64,000 bases of DNA, taken from contig OZ024741.1 in NCBI GenBank assembly GCA_964016885.1, positions 278,442,001 to 278,506,000 on the forward strand, read 5' to 3'. Position numbers and translations under genes: made by a program. Positions 42,115 to 53,362 of the stretch are shown piece after piece. Origin of the DNA: Eledone cirrhosa. Taxonomy: Eukaryota. Under the pieces are notes generated by a model, which was given only the letters and a program-made list of their open reading frames with translations, searched no databases and was not told the origin of the DNA. How positions within the stretch are numbered: position 1 is the stretch's first letter; each line of letters begins with the position of its first letter.

Positions 42115-43070
42115 TCTGATACAGAGCGACTATGATACACAGTGTCTGCTGTATATAGTGTCTATGTTACATAGTACCTCCGATACACAGTCTATGGTAT
42201 ATAGTGTCTATGTTACATAGTACCTCCGATACACACAGTGTATGGTATACAGTCTCTGCTGTATATAGTGTCTATGATACATAGTACCTCCGATACACAG
42301 AGTCTATGGTACACAGTGTCTGCTGTATATATTGTCTATGATACATAGTACCTCCGATACACTGAGTCTATGGTATACAGTGACTATGATACATAGTACC
42401 TCCGATACACAGTGTCTGCTGTATATATTGTCTATGATACATAGTACCTCCGATACACAGAGTCTATGGTATACAGTGTCTGCTGTATATAGTGTCTATG
42501 ATACATAGTACCTCCGATACACAGAGTCTATGGTACACAGTGTCTGCTGTATATAGTGTCTATGATACATAGTACCTCTGATACACAGTGTCTGCTGTAT
42601 ATAGTGTCTATGATACATAGTAGCTCCAATACACAGAGTGTATGGTATACAGTGTCTATGATACACAGAGTGTATGGTACACAGTGTCTGCTGTATATAG
42701 TGTCTATGATACAGAGTGACTATGATACACAGACTGTATGGTACACAGTGTCTGCTGTATATATTGTCTATGATACATAGTACTTCCGATACACAGAGTG
42801 TATGGTATACAGTGTCTGCTGTATATATTGTCTATGATACATAGTACCTCCGATACACAGAGTCTATGGTATACAGTGTCTGCTGTATATAGTGTCTATG
42901 ATACATAGTACCTCCGATACATAGAGTCTATGGTATACAGTGTCTGCTGTATATAGTGTCTATGATACATAGTATCTCCGATACACAGAGTCTATGGTAT
43001 ACAGTGTCTGTGGAACACAGTGTTTATGATACACAGTATCTCTGTTATATAGTGTCTATGGTACACTGTG
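42115..43070. repeat. Tandem repeat with a 16-bp monomer arranged mostly as a 64-bp tetramer (GATACACAGAGTCTAT GGTATACAGTGTCTGC TGTATATAGTGTCTAT GATACATAGTACCTCC)
   Basis: The CCGATAC landmark recurs 64 bp apart (e.g. 42290 and 42354). Some units lack whole monomers. Confidence 0.93.
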
Positions 43071-44023
43071 TCTTGATGTGATGGCTGGTCTTTTCACATT
43101 ATCTGGGACAGGAGAATCCAATTTTTTTAGATATATCTGCTTGCCTACCAGTCAAGTCAGCTCAAATATAATATAGGGCTTCACAGACAGTAACCGTTTT
43201 ATCTATAGTAGAGTTTGTATTGTACATGATCAAACCTGATATTTCATGTGATGAAAAAATACGAACAAAAGTGAGATAAATGTTTGGACAGTATGCAGAA
43301 TGTTGTCCCAAACTCGGGTTTCAATTTAGAAGAGTTTATTTTACAAACTGCTCTGTTAAATTGCTGAATATATATTTTAGGGGTCAAAAAACTGTCAGTG
43401 GAATCTACACCATTGCTACAAAACAAATCAACAGTGCATGCTCTAAGTGGGATCTCATGTTACTTGAATGAGAATTACAAAATATAATATTTGGATTTGA
43501 TTAGTTTCAGCTATATTTGATCAACTGTTATTTATTAAATACTTACTGCGTAGTAGGTTTGAATTCTTTAAATCTCATTCAAGTTATTTCTTTTAATACT
43601 TACTTACCTGGTGGCTGGAGGATTTAGTTAAAATATAAGTGATACACTGATATTTTTCTAGATTTTTTTAAGGAAACGTTATACATGAATGGCTAAGAAG
43701 ATAATGATTGTATGACAAGGAGAGCACATATACTTAGAAGGCAGTAAAAAAAAAAGGCAATGATGTGTGTAGAATTTGATAGATGAAGCTGAGGTTTGGA
43801 TTAAGGGTATCAAATGATATTTGCAACAAAGGACATTAAAATTGTGTCAATATAGCTGAACAAATGTTACAGGCATATGGACAGTGGATATAAATATCGA
43901 AGAAAGTAGGTAGTACAGAACATCACTCTACAAACATAGTCAGTGATAAAGTAAAATACAAATAGCTGTTGTATAATTATATTGTTTGTTTGCTTGGCTG
44001 TAAGTATTATTTTAGATTTAGAA

Positions 44024-44212
44024 GGGCGATGGATTGGCAGTATCGGTAGAGGGTCGGACGCCATGCTTTGACGCATAGAGTTACGGTCTTTGCCATTCTG
44101 AGTTCAAATCCCGCCGAGGTTAACTTTGCCTTTCATCCTTACGGGGTCGATAAAATAAAGTACCAGTAATGCACTGGGTAATTGCTGACCTTGTGCCAAA
44201 AAGTAGAAACAA
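44024..44212 (+). mobile_element. tRNA-derived SINE (cephalopod-like), full length
   Basis: B-box-like GAGTTCAAATCC, body GAGGTTAACTTTGCCTTTCATCC, and a flanking direct repeat TTATTTTAGATTTAGAA (target-site duplication). A close sibling lies at 58058. Confidence 0.85.
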
Positions 44213-44854
44213 TTATTTTAGATTTAGAACTAGTAGAATGCCTGGCATTGCCTAGGCTCAAAAGTAGCTATAAGTCCATATTTGTTCTTAATGAAGGCAT
44301 GTTCTGTTTAATAGAATACCATTGGTTTTCTTGTGAAAAATTTTTTTTGTGTAAGAAATATAAAATGCTTTCTTCTATGTTTACATGCATTGTGTTACAG
44401 ATACACATTCATTATCAATAAAATCTTTCATATTTTAATTGTGTGAATGTCGTGTGTATATTTATTGAATGTATATTATTTACCTAATTATTTATTTATT
44501 TAATCAATTTAAACGTCCTGTATAGAGCCAGTAACCCATGACAGACTAGGAAATGTATCTAGTATTTCTTACATTTGAGAAACAAACAAAAGAAAAGATA
44601 GACAGGGAGAAGTGAGTAGAAAAATAAAGATACAAATAAAAAAAAAATAAAAATTAAATAGGGAATGCACAAACTTTGTGAAATACATATTTATTGCATG
44701 TATGTTTTTATGTAGATGTGTGTGTGTGTATTTGCATGTGGATAAATGATAACCTGTGATCTAACCTTACACTTGTCCTTGTAAATAGTTATTTCTCCAA
44801 AGTTACTCATACATTTAACCCTGAATGTCATTTGTACATACATTTATGTAATTA

Positions 44855-45056
44855 TATGAGGCTCAGCTGAAAAGTTCATAAGCTAACTATGAAGGAGTGA
44901 TACTAGAGGTGTGAAATCTTGCATGTATTAATTTCAATTCTTCTTTTTAATAACTGCATTGTTTCCTTCCAGGGACTATGTTGAAAAATAGACCTCATTT
45001 GGTCATTCCATGAGAGCATCTTGGTCAGCCTATGAACTTTGTGGTTGACTTTCATA
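44855..45056. mobile_element. Mariner-like MITE
   Basis: Imperfect ~33-bp terminal inverted repeats beginning with TA: TATGAGGCTCAGCTGAAAAGTTCATAAGCTAAC versus the reverse complement of the right end, TATGAAAGTCAACCACAAAGTTCATAGGCTGAC. Confidence 0.65.
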
Positions 45057-45550
45057 TTTTAGAAATATATTATCAAAATATTTTTATTTATAATCGCTTC
45101 CATATGTCAATATACACTATAGTATTTCTCTTATGCAAATCACTAACTTCCCAGTTTGTATGATAATTCATATGTCCTATTATCTTAGTATATATGACAC
45201 ACCAGTCCTGGACTATAAACATTAACTCTTTAACATTTACATTATATATACTATTGTATTTTCATAGTAAATGCTTTACTTCACATAATTATCTCACATA
45301 TTATCAAGTCTATGAGATTTTGATATTATTTATTTTGAGAATAATACCTTATCAGCAGTATAAGTGGCTGGTTACTGCCAGTTTAAACAGAAAGAGGTGA
45401 GAGAATTCTGGCCAGATGCAGCTACTTTAAATGCTAATGGGTTAAATATGTTCATTGCTATTGCCATCATTATTTGCAGGACTGGTTCACTAGTATAGTA
45501 ATAAAAGGTTAACAAAATTTCCCAATGGCTCCTTGTTTTAAACATTTCAG

Positions 45551-45698
45551 TCAATGATTGCCAGTAAACAAATAAAACATTTGGTAGATACTAAGGACTA
45601 TGTTCCAGTCTTCATCAATTTCTCAGCCCAAACAAGTAGCAAGCAAACACAGAACATTATTGAATCAAAATTGGAAAAGAGACGAAAGAATGTTATAG
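45551..45698 (+). CDS. DNAH6: Axonemal dynein heavy chain (DNAH6-like), internal exon 1 of 8, AAA3 immediately after Walker A
   Basis: tttcag| acceptor and G|gtaata donor. Translates [50 protein letters not shown], containing the dynein NFSAQTSS motif. Phase 0 to 1. Confidence 0.9.
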
Positions 45699-45837
45699 GT
45701 AATACTCATGCTTTTCTGTACTTCATTAACCAGTCATCTTATTGCATTTCTGAGAATCATATCAGAATTTTTGACCATTTTTTAACTTCCCACATTAAAA
45801 AAAATATAATCTACCAAGCTATCATCGTAAATAATCA

Positions 45838-47140
45838 TTAAAACACTTGTTATATAACCATAAAAACAACCTTAAAACACTTGTATAACCATAAAAATAG
45901 CATTAAAACGCTTGTTATCTGTATATATATAAAATTAAGTATGTGTGTGTGTATTACCTATAGGGGCCTACATCTTACGACCGATTTTCATGAAACTTTA
46001 CAGGCTCATAGATTAGTCATCGGGGAGTATTTTCTATATATCAGCATATTGTTTTTTTTTTTATTCCGGAGTCATTCTGCAGATAAAAATCGATAGGGCA
46101 GGTATCGAAAAATAAGATTTTTGGCTCTAGCTCCCACATTTTGCCACCGATTTCGTTCAAATTTTAAAGCAAAATAGAATTTATCATTGCACATCCTGTA
46201 ATGGCTTTATATTTTGCATTTGTTGTTCAGGGACGGCGTGGCAGCCGCTTAAATATTCAAAAATACCACTCTTTTGGCTCTAGCTCCCACATTAATCAAC
46301 CTACTTTGTTCAAATTTTACACTACGCTAGATCTGATTATTCCACATCTTAAAGTGGCTTTTCAACCGATTTCGTTCAAATTCGAAACTTCGGCTCCACT
46401 TCACACATAAATCAATTTATTTGGTTCAACTTTTATACTACGATAGAACCTATCATTGCACATCTTATAGTAGCTTTACACTTTGCATTTTTTGTTCGGG
46501 GACGGCGTGGCAGCCGTTTAACTCTTAAACATAAGATTTTTTCCACCTCCCACATATTCCATACAATTTCAATCAACATTTCGCCATTTGCTACACCTTA
46601 CGACCGATTTTCAAGAAACTCGCAGTCGCTAAGATCAACACCTTTTTATCAAAGCAAATATTATTTTACCTACCCAGGCAATGCTGGGTACTGCTGCTAG
46701 TATAGCTATAAAGATTGCCTTAAAACACTTGTATAACCATAAAAATAGCCTTAAAACACTTGTATAACCATAAAAATAGCCTTAAAACACTTGTTGTATA
46801 ACCATAAAAATAGCCTTAAAACACTTGTTATATAACCATAAAAATAGCCTTAAAACACTTGTATAACCATAAAAATAGCCTTAAAACACTTGTATAACCA
46901 TAAAAATTGCCTTAAAACAATTGTTGTTGTATAACCATAAAAATTGCCTTAAAACGCTTGTTATATAACTATAAAAATTGCCTTAAAACGCTTGTTGTGT
47001 AACTATAAAAATAGCCTTAAACACTTGTTATATAACCATAAAAATTGCCTTAAAATATGTTATATAACCATAAAAATTGCCTTAAAACACTTGTCATGTA
47101 GCCATAAAAATTGCCTTAAAACACTTGTATAACCATCAAA
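45838..47140. repeat. ~31-34 bp minisatellite (CCTTAAAACACTTGTATAACCATAAAAATAG), interrupted by a Helitron at 45918-46700 and resuming briefly at 48272-48330
   Basis: Tandem copies are visible at 45838-45917 and 46701-47140. Confidence 0.9.
45918..46700 (+). mobile_element. Non-autonomous Helitron
   Basis: 5' end TCTGTATATATATAAAA; 3' subterminal hairpin TACCCAG-GCAATG-CTGGGTA followed by CTAG. Inserted between A and T with no TSD, and removing it restores a minisatellite unit (CTTGTTA|TATAGCTATAAAGATTGCC). Contains internal duplicated blocks. Confidence 0.85.
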
Positions 47141-47141
47141 A

Positions 47142-48271
47142 CCCTTTAGCATTCGCATTAATTTTCAAACGTCATGCTTATCTGTTCGCACTGGGTAATT
47201 GCTGGCTTTGTGCCTAAAGTAGAAACAATTATTTTGAGTTAATCATACTCAAGAGGGTTATCAATTTTATTTGTTTGTAATTTTCTATGTGCAGGCTTGA
47301 AATTTTGTCAGTAGATGTTTAAATATCAATAATTTACAATTATATAATTTTACCTGATTCTTTTGGTTAAATTTGACTTTTATGGGCAGGGGAAATTAAT
47401 TAATAGGGGCATTTGAAGTATCAACCAGGTGCAAATACTGGTTTAATTTTAAATACGTTGTTTACGGCATAATACTTGATATATAAGAATCACTAAACCT
47501 TATATCAGTGTTCCAGTAATTCCAGTCTTGGAAATTGTTTTATACCGAACATAATATTTACGGTAAAAAATGCTTGCATTTCCGCAGCATCTGTCGGTCG
47601 CCATAACAGATCGGGTTTTCCTTGATTTGAAATCTGTTGTTGGGCATATCGATTAATCTCTTTTACCACAACTTCGAAGAAAGTTTGTAGTAAAAACAAA
47701 AAGAAATAATCCAGTGCTTTAGCATCGGGAGCTAATGTGTGTTGTGGACCAGTATTTTGAATAAAATCAGGAACATATATTAGTGTGGTATTTTTCAACC
47801 ACGTTGCTGTAATATTTTCAATGGCGCCCTGGAGACCTCTTTCGTTTTCACTTTCAAAACAACAATCATCGTCGGACGAAATTTCAGAAATATAAACATC
47901 AGATTCATTTGAAGATAAATCACTAATATTATCGTTTGTTTCTTGTTTATTCTGAATGTCGTTGTGTGTAAAACCTTCAAAGTCGGTATCGTTACTTTCA
48001 TAAGCCATGTTGATACAAAAAAAAAAAATTTGTTGCACTTTCAAAGTTAAAAAAAACACTTGTTGTTTTAAGTTGTTCCACTATATTAAGTGTTAATTTT
48101 CGCGTAAGGGCCTAATCCCGCAGCAGTCTCGAATTGACGAGATTTTGATGATGGTTTGTTTATTTTTAGAACAATGTTTTAGTGTGGGTGTTTTCGGGCG
48201 ATTTCGGGCGGTTTAAACAAATGAAGGGGAAATAATTTCTGGCAATTTCGGGCGGTTTCAACACTAAAGGG
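47142..48271 (-). mobile_element. Degenerate piggyBac element with an N-terminal transposase remnant (PGBD-like)
   Basis: Right end CTAAAGGG|TTAA and left end CCCTTTAG. Minus-strand ORF 47505-48059 has an acidic N-terminus then GP...LDYFFLFL...VVKEINRYAQQ...WRPTDAAEMQAF. A frameshifted continuation reads NYWNTDIRF...IMP*...YLHLVD. The left boundary is uncertain. Confidence 0.8.
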
Positions 48272-48344
48272 TTAAAACAATTGTTGTTGTATAACCATAA
48301 AAAATGCCGTAAACACTTATTATATAATGCCACAATATATAACC

Positions 48345-48730
48345 ATGTTGGCATGGGTGTGAGGGGTTGTCATGATCTGAAGCTAGACTGGTAAGGTCAT
48401 GACGTTTTGCTCATGTGTTCCATAGCTGGTATAGATTCTGTGACTGGATGTCTTCCCTAACATCAACCACCTTACAAAAGTGTACTGGGTGGAGTGTGTA
48501 TGTTTTATCATGGCATGAAGATAAAAAAATTACAAAAAAAAACAACAAAGAAACAAAAGCTAAACAGTATAAAATTATGAAATAGGAGAATCGAGTCATC
48601 ATCATCATTACGTCCATTTTTTCATGCTGGTATTGGTTGGATGGGATGTTTTTAGCTAATGCTTTATAGCCAGATGCCCTTCCTGATGCCAAACCTTTCA
48701 GTTTCTCTTACAACACACAGGGACACAGTG
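48345..48730 (-). mobile_element. Two degenerate fragments related to the LINE 3' end
   Basis: (CAT)n tail, and GGATGYCYTTCCYAAC / CTGGGTG motifs shared with the LINE at 63011. Confidence 0.55.
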
Positions 48731-48854
48731 TATTTATTCTTAACAACTTGATCACAGAGCATTGCTTTCTTAAAATGTATTTTCTTAATAATTTTTTTGT
48801 AATTTAATTTCTTTTCAACATTAATATAAAATTTCTATTGTTTTTCATGTGAAG

Positions 48855-49012
48855 GAGCTCCAAAAGCGAAACATGTGATTGTTTTCATTGATGACATCAA
48901 CATGCCTAAACTGGATACTTATGGTTGTCAACCTCCTATAGAACTCTTGAGACAGTATCAAGACTTTCAAGGCTTTTATGAACGTAACAAATTCACTTGG
49001 CTTGATGTTGAG
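48855..49012 (+). CDS. DNAH6: DNAH6-like exon 2 of 8 (AAA3 Walker B)
   Basis: gaag| and |gtaata. Translates (G)APKAKHVIVFIDDINMPKLDTYGCQPPIELLRQYQDFQGFYERNKFTWLDVE. Phase 1 to 0. Confidence 0.93.
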
Positions 49013-49216
49013 GTAATATTTAAGACATTTCTTCTGAAGAAATATTTGTTATGTTTTGATAATAGAAAATCAGTTTTATTTTGAGTAGACCTGTTATGTA
49101 GAGTTACAAAATAAATTTGTTTGTGATTTATAGATATAAGATGTTAAGTATTATATTTTTATTTTGGTTTAGGATAAAACTTCTCATGTATACTGTAATT
49201 GTTTCTAATGGCTTGA

Positions 49217-49742
49217 CAATTACTGCATTGAAGAATAATTTTAGCTAATGTCTGGCAAGTGACTTGATCTGAGACTGTGTTGAAGCCAAAACAATTACAT
49301 CATGGAAGAATCATTTTAGCCACAGTTGTACTTATCTGGCAAGTAACCTGATCTGAGACTGTGTTGGAGCCAAAACATCATGGAAGAGTAATTTTAGTCA
49401 CCATTGTACATGTCTGGCAAATGACATGATCTGAAACAGTGTGTTGAAACTAAAACAACCACTGCAGGGCAGAGTCATTTTAGCTACAGTTGTACATGTC
49501 TGGCAAGTGACTTGATCTGAAACTGTGTGTTGAAACTAAAACAATTACATCATGGAACAGTGATTTTAGTCACACTTGTACATGTCTGGCAAATGACTTA
49601 ATCTGGGACTGTGTTGAAACTAAAACAACCACTGCATGGAAGAGTCATTTTAGCTACAGTTGTACATGTCTGGAAAGCAACCTGATCTGAGACTGTGTGT
49701 TGAAAATAAAGCAATTACTGCATGGAAAAGTCATTTTAGCTA
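49217..49742. repeat. ~85-bp tandem repeat, about 6 diverged copies
   Basis: Recurring CAATTACTGCATGGAAGAGTCATTTTAGCTACAGTTGTACATGTCTGGCAAGTGACTTGATCTGAGACTGTGTTGAAACTAAAA. Confidence 0.88.
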
Positions 49743-50070
49743 TTTAAAAATACACATGTAAAGTAAAATAAAGTTAACAGTTTTTGTGTGTTTTTAAATA
49801 GCTAAGATGACTCTTCCTTGTAGTAATTGTTTTGATTTTTCATTAGTAAAAGATACAATAAATTTTTAATACAATAACAGAATAAAGTTGCTTTATGATA
49901 TATTATTCTCAAATGTTTTATTTATGAGTCAGGATTTTGTTTCAATATCACTGTTTCTCATTCTTTGCAGCTATTTATATTCAATCTTACTTCCAGCATA
50001 TTTTGTAACATATATAACTGATTATTTCGAGTATATCTTTAAAATATTTTATAAAACTCCTTCATTATAG

Positions 50071-50202
50071 GATATGACCCTATCAGCAGCTTGTGCTCCT
50101 CCTGGTGGTGGTCGGAATGCTATAACACCGAGACTTATTCGTCATTTTAGTGTTTTCAACATACCTCCTCCTGCTGAGCATAGTCTCAAGTTGATGTTTA
50201 CT
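50071..50202 (+). CDS. DNAH6: DNAH6-like exon 3 of 8
   Basis: ttatag| and |gtaagt. Translates DMTLSAACAPPGGGRNAITPRLIRHFSVFNIPPPAEHSLKLMFT (dynein PPGGGRN motif). Phase 0 to 0. Not listed in the ORF track. Confidence 0.93.
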
Positions 50203-50679
50203 GTAAGTCAGTATTTTTGTCTGAAGCTTTGTTAAGTTATGTTCCAAAACTAGATAAATAATGAGAAAGTTTGTTATATTACTAAATCCTTTCAAATTCT
50301 TGATTGTTTTTGAAATTATTTAATAACTCTAAGAAGTGTCTTTCATTTGAAATTTGGTAACAAAAGGGTTAAACTATGATATATTATCAAAATCCCCATT
50401 ATTTTTTACTCTTGATGTCACAGTTTTTCTTTAATATTTCTTTTTAGAAATACTAGTTTGCTGGCTAAAGTGAAATATTGCAACAAACTAGCTAGTCTAT
50501 TGAACTGTAAGACTTAACTGACAATTTAATACCAAAGTTGATACCAAACCACCTAAGAACCTTCGTTAAACTATGTAGCAAACAACAGCTTAATTTATTG
50601 ATCCAAATCGATAAGATCCCAGACGCCATTTGCTTAACCAGTGGGGTAGAACTCGTCAGATTGGACCAAGGAAACAATG

Positions 50680-50835
50680 CTAATACTATCTAGCAGTCAC
50701 AACTCCTAGCAGAAGGAGCAATATAAAATAAAATGTCTTGTTCAAAGATATAACACATTGCTTGGCCCAGGAATTGAACTCACAACTTCACGAATGTGAA
50801 TCCAACCATCAAACCGTTAAGCCACATGCTTCACT
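50680..50835 (-). mobile_element. Degenerate tRNA-derived SINE
   Basis: GGAATTGAACTC (reverse B-box) and a TGTCTTGTTCAAAG core. A similar copy lies at 60078-60230. Confidence 0.65.
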
Positions 50836-50846
50836 ACAAGCAAGGA

Positions 50847-51007
50847 CAGTACATATTGTAAAATTGGAATAATACAGAGAAGATTAGCATGGACATACCT
50901 TTCTTTCATATGAAACACTTCACAAATTTGCATGTCGTCCTTGTGTCATACTAACGCAGGCAGTATATCTTCTAAAATTGGAACAATAAAGAGACGATTA
51001 GCATGGC
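50847..51007. pseudogene. U6: Fragmented U6 snRNA pseudogene: 5' half (+, 50847-50892), 3' half (-, 50908-50948), 5' half (+, 50959-51007)
   Basis: AAAATTGGAATAATACAGAGAAGATTAGCATGG matches the U6 ACAGAGA region. The reverse complement CAAGGACGACATGCAAATTTGTGAAGTGTTTCATAT matches the U6 3' end. Confidence 0.85.
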
Positions 51008-51149
51008 TCAAACTTATTAATGAAGTCCAATACACTGGTAGAATTGGTTTTTCTACTTACTCTTTTCTGACTCAAATTGATGCTTGTAAAGTGTTATATC
51101 ATTTACATTAAAATCATAACAGTTATTTCATAATATCTTCAATCTGTTA

Positions 51150-51575
51150 TATCATCATCATCATTATCATCATTGCCATTTTAACGTTTGCTTTCCCTAC
51201 TAGAAAGAGTTGGATGATCCATACAGACCAAGTCAATACTGAAGTAGAGCCATTGATCTCCCAGGTAGGCATGCCAGAGATCTGTGTCTTGCTTATGTAC
51301 ATTCTCACATTCCGTTGAGTGTTCAGTAGAGGTTGTCATGCTTTTGACACAACTGAGGGTCCTCCAAACCATTTGTTTGGCAAGATTTCTAATGCTGGAT
51401 GCCCTTCTTATCACAAACCGCTTTACAGCTTGTACTGGGTCTGTTTATCATGTAAATCACCAACACTAAGGAGGTTGTCATGTCCTTGACATGACTGAAG
51501 GGTCCTCCCAATCCTTTGTCTGGCGAGTTTTCTTTGGCTATATACCACTTTAGTGTGTACTGGGTGTGTTATACT
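51150..51575 (-). mobile_element. Degenerate repeat related to the LINE 3' UTR
   Basis: (CAT)n tail, GCTGGATGCCCTTC and CTTTACAG...TACTGGGT motifs. Confidence 0.55.
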
Positions 51576-51766
51576 ATTTACATTAAAATCATCACAGTTA
51601 TTTTATTTGTAACAATTATGTTACATGTTCTATCTGTTATACTATTTACATTAAAATTGTCACAGTTAAATCCATGTCTGTACATATTCTGAGAAATTGC
51701 CCCATTTTATTTGTCTGAGAGCTAATTTTCACTGAGTTGAAGTTATTTTTTTAAAATTTTCTCTAG

Positions 51767-51938
51767 GCTATTCTTAGTGGTTTTTTTATCGAGTTCCCCC
51801 AGGCTATCCAACAATGTGTTGAATCAATTGTCAGTGCAGCTGTTGAGATTTATTGCAACATGAAATCGGACCTTCTTCCAACACCAACCAAATCACATTA
51901 CCTTTTTAACCTTCGGGACTTATCAAAATGTATGCAAG
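51767..51938 (+). CDS. DNAH6: DNAH6-like exon 4 of 8 (AAA3 lid)
   Basis: ctctag| and G|gtatga. Translates AILSGFFIEFPQAIQQCVESIVSAAVEIYCNMKSDLLPTPTKSHYLFNLRDLSKCMQ(G). Phase 0 to 1. Confidence 0.94.
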
Positions 51939-52169
51939 GTATGAAAATAACATTTCTTCTTTAAGATTTCTCCTTCTTTCTCCATTAATCCATCTAAAAA
52001 TGGAACTAAAACATATTTTAATATATTTTAGTGTAGGAGGAAATCATCTCATAAATATTAGAATACAAAGATGATGACTGTAATGAGAGAGTCAAATTAC
52101 TATCATTTTAACTGCTTTAGAGAGTTTATAATTACACTATGATTTATACAGATTATTTCTTTTGAGTGT

Positions 52170-52562
52170 AGTACTAGTGCCATGATAAAAAACACCTACT
52201 ACATTCTGTAAAGTAGTAGCATTGGTGCTGTAATAAAATACATCAAGTTCCCTTTGTAAAGTGGCATTGCTGGTGCTGTAATAAAATACACTGCATACAC
52301 TTTGTAAAATGGTAGTATTGGTGCCATAATAAAATGCATACCGTACATTCTATAATGAGGTATTTCTGGTGCCACAATAAAATGCACCAACTACATTCTG
52401 TAAAGTGGTAGTGCTGGTGTTATGACCAAGTGCACCCTGTAAAATGGTAGTGCTGGGATGACCAAATGCACTCTGTACATACTGTAAATGGTGATGCTGG
52501 TGCCACACTTAAATGCACCCAGTACACCCTGTAAGGGTGGTAGTGTTGGTGTCACAATAAAA
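52170..52562. repeat. Degenerate ~45-bp tandem repeat (GGTGCCACAATAAAATGCACCCAGTACACTCTGTAAAGTGGTAGTGCT)
   Basis: About 8 diverged copies, similar to the repeated unit in the LINE 3' UTR at 62230-62320. Confidence 0.75.
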
Positions 52563-53362
52563 GATCTTGAGTGTATAGAAGACAATAGTTCAAGGTACCA
52601 CACATTACACAAGACCATGTGGTTACAAAGTGAACTTCTTAACCACACAGCCATTGCTGTAACTTTCATTGGCACATCCATGATTAAATACGAGAGTTCA
52701 ACAATTAAAAACAAATTATTATCCTAAACTACATAGAGGATGAAGGGAAATGAGAAGAAATAGACACATAATCATATGCATTGTCAGCGTTTCTGGTATG
52801 AAAAATGATCATCTCGTGGTAAATTATAATTTTATCCATTTCTCCATATTGGAATTGATCATTGTCAAATTCATTGTTAAAATGTTCAATGATGTTAGAA
52901 TTTGGACATTTTTATGATTGTAATTGTTTCACCATTTCTGATTTTAATGATCTGGACATGCCACAGTGATTATTTAATCAATTCACATATAGTAGAATTG
53001 AAAATTTTCATGTTTGTTGATATTTAAAGAATTTAGAATTTTTATGATTATTTTGTTGGAATTTAGGAATTTTTATGATTTCAAATATGCCAAAATTTCT
53101 GATTTTAATAATCCCAAATCTGTTAGAGATCCTTATTTTAGTTACACTTCACATGATGAAATTCCTAATTTTCAAATTCGCTGAAATATAAAAACAAATT
53201 TCAGATTTCCTAAAGTTAACTGTCATTAGTTTCATATTTTTATTATTGTAAATAAGACATTTCAGGTTTTAATGATACTGAATCTTGTTGAAATTAATCA
53301 TTTTAAATGTTTTACATATATTGAAATTTGTAACTGTGAAGTTCTTAGATATACCATCTTAA

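Noticed and set aside
22-42220. Long repetitive ORFs read as Cys-rich, His-rich or mucin-like proteins
   Set aside because: They are open on both strands only because the 48-bp unit lacks stops in those frames. Frameshifts and stops are propagated within duplicated blocks, and there are no unique N- or C-terminal domains.
44024-44212. tRNA gene
   Set aside because: It has A/B-box-like motifs but no cloverleaf, is multi-copy with a tail and a TSD, and is therefore a SINE.
43244-45554. Short ORFs between the satellites and the first dynein exon
   Set aside because: They show no recognisable motifs, and none encodes the expected dynein Walker A. They are consistent with chance ORFs in AT-rich intron.
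47505-48059. Domesticated or active piggyBac transposase gene
   Set aside because: A frameshift and stops follow, and the catalytic core is absent.
50847-51007. Functional U6 snRNA gene
   Set aside because: The sequence is fragmented, partly inverted and carries multiple substitutions.
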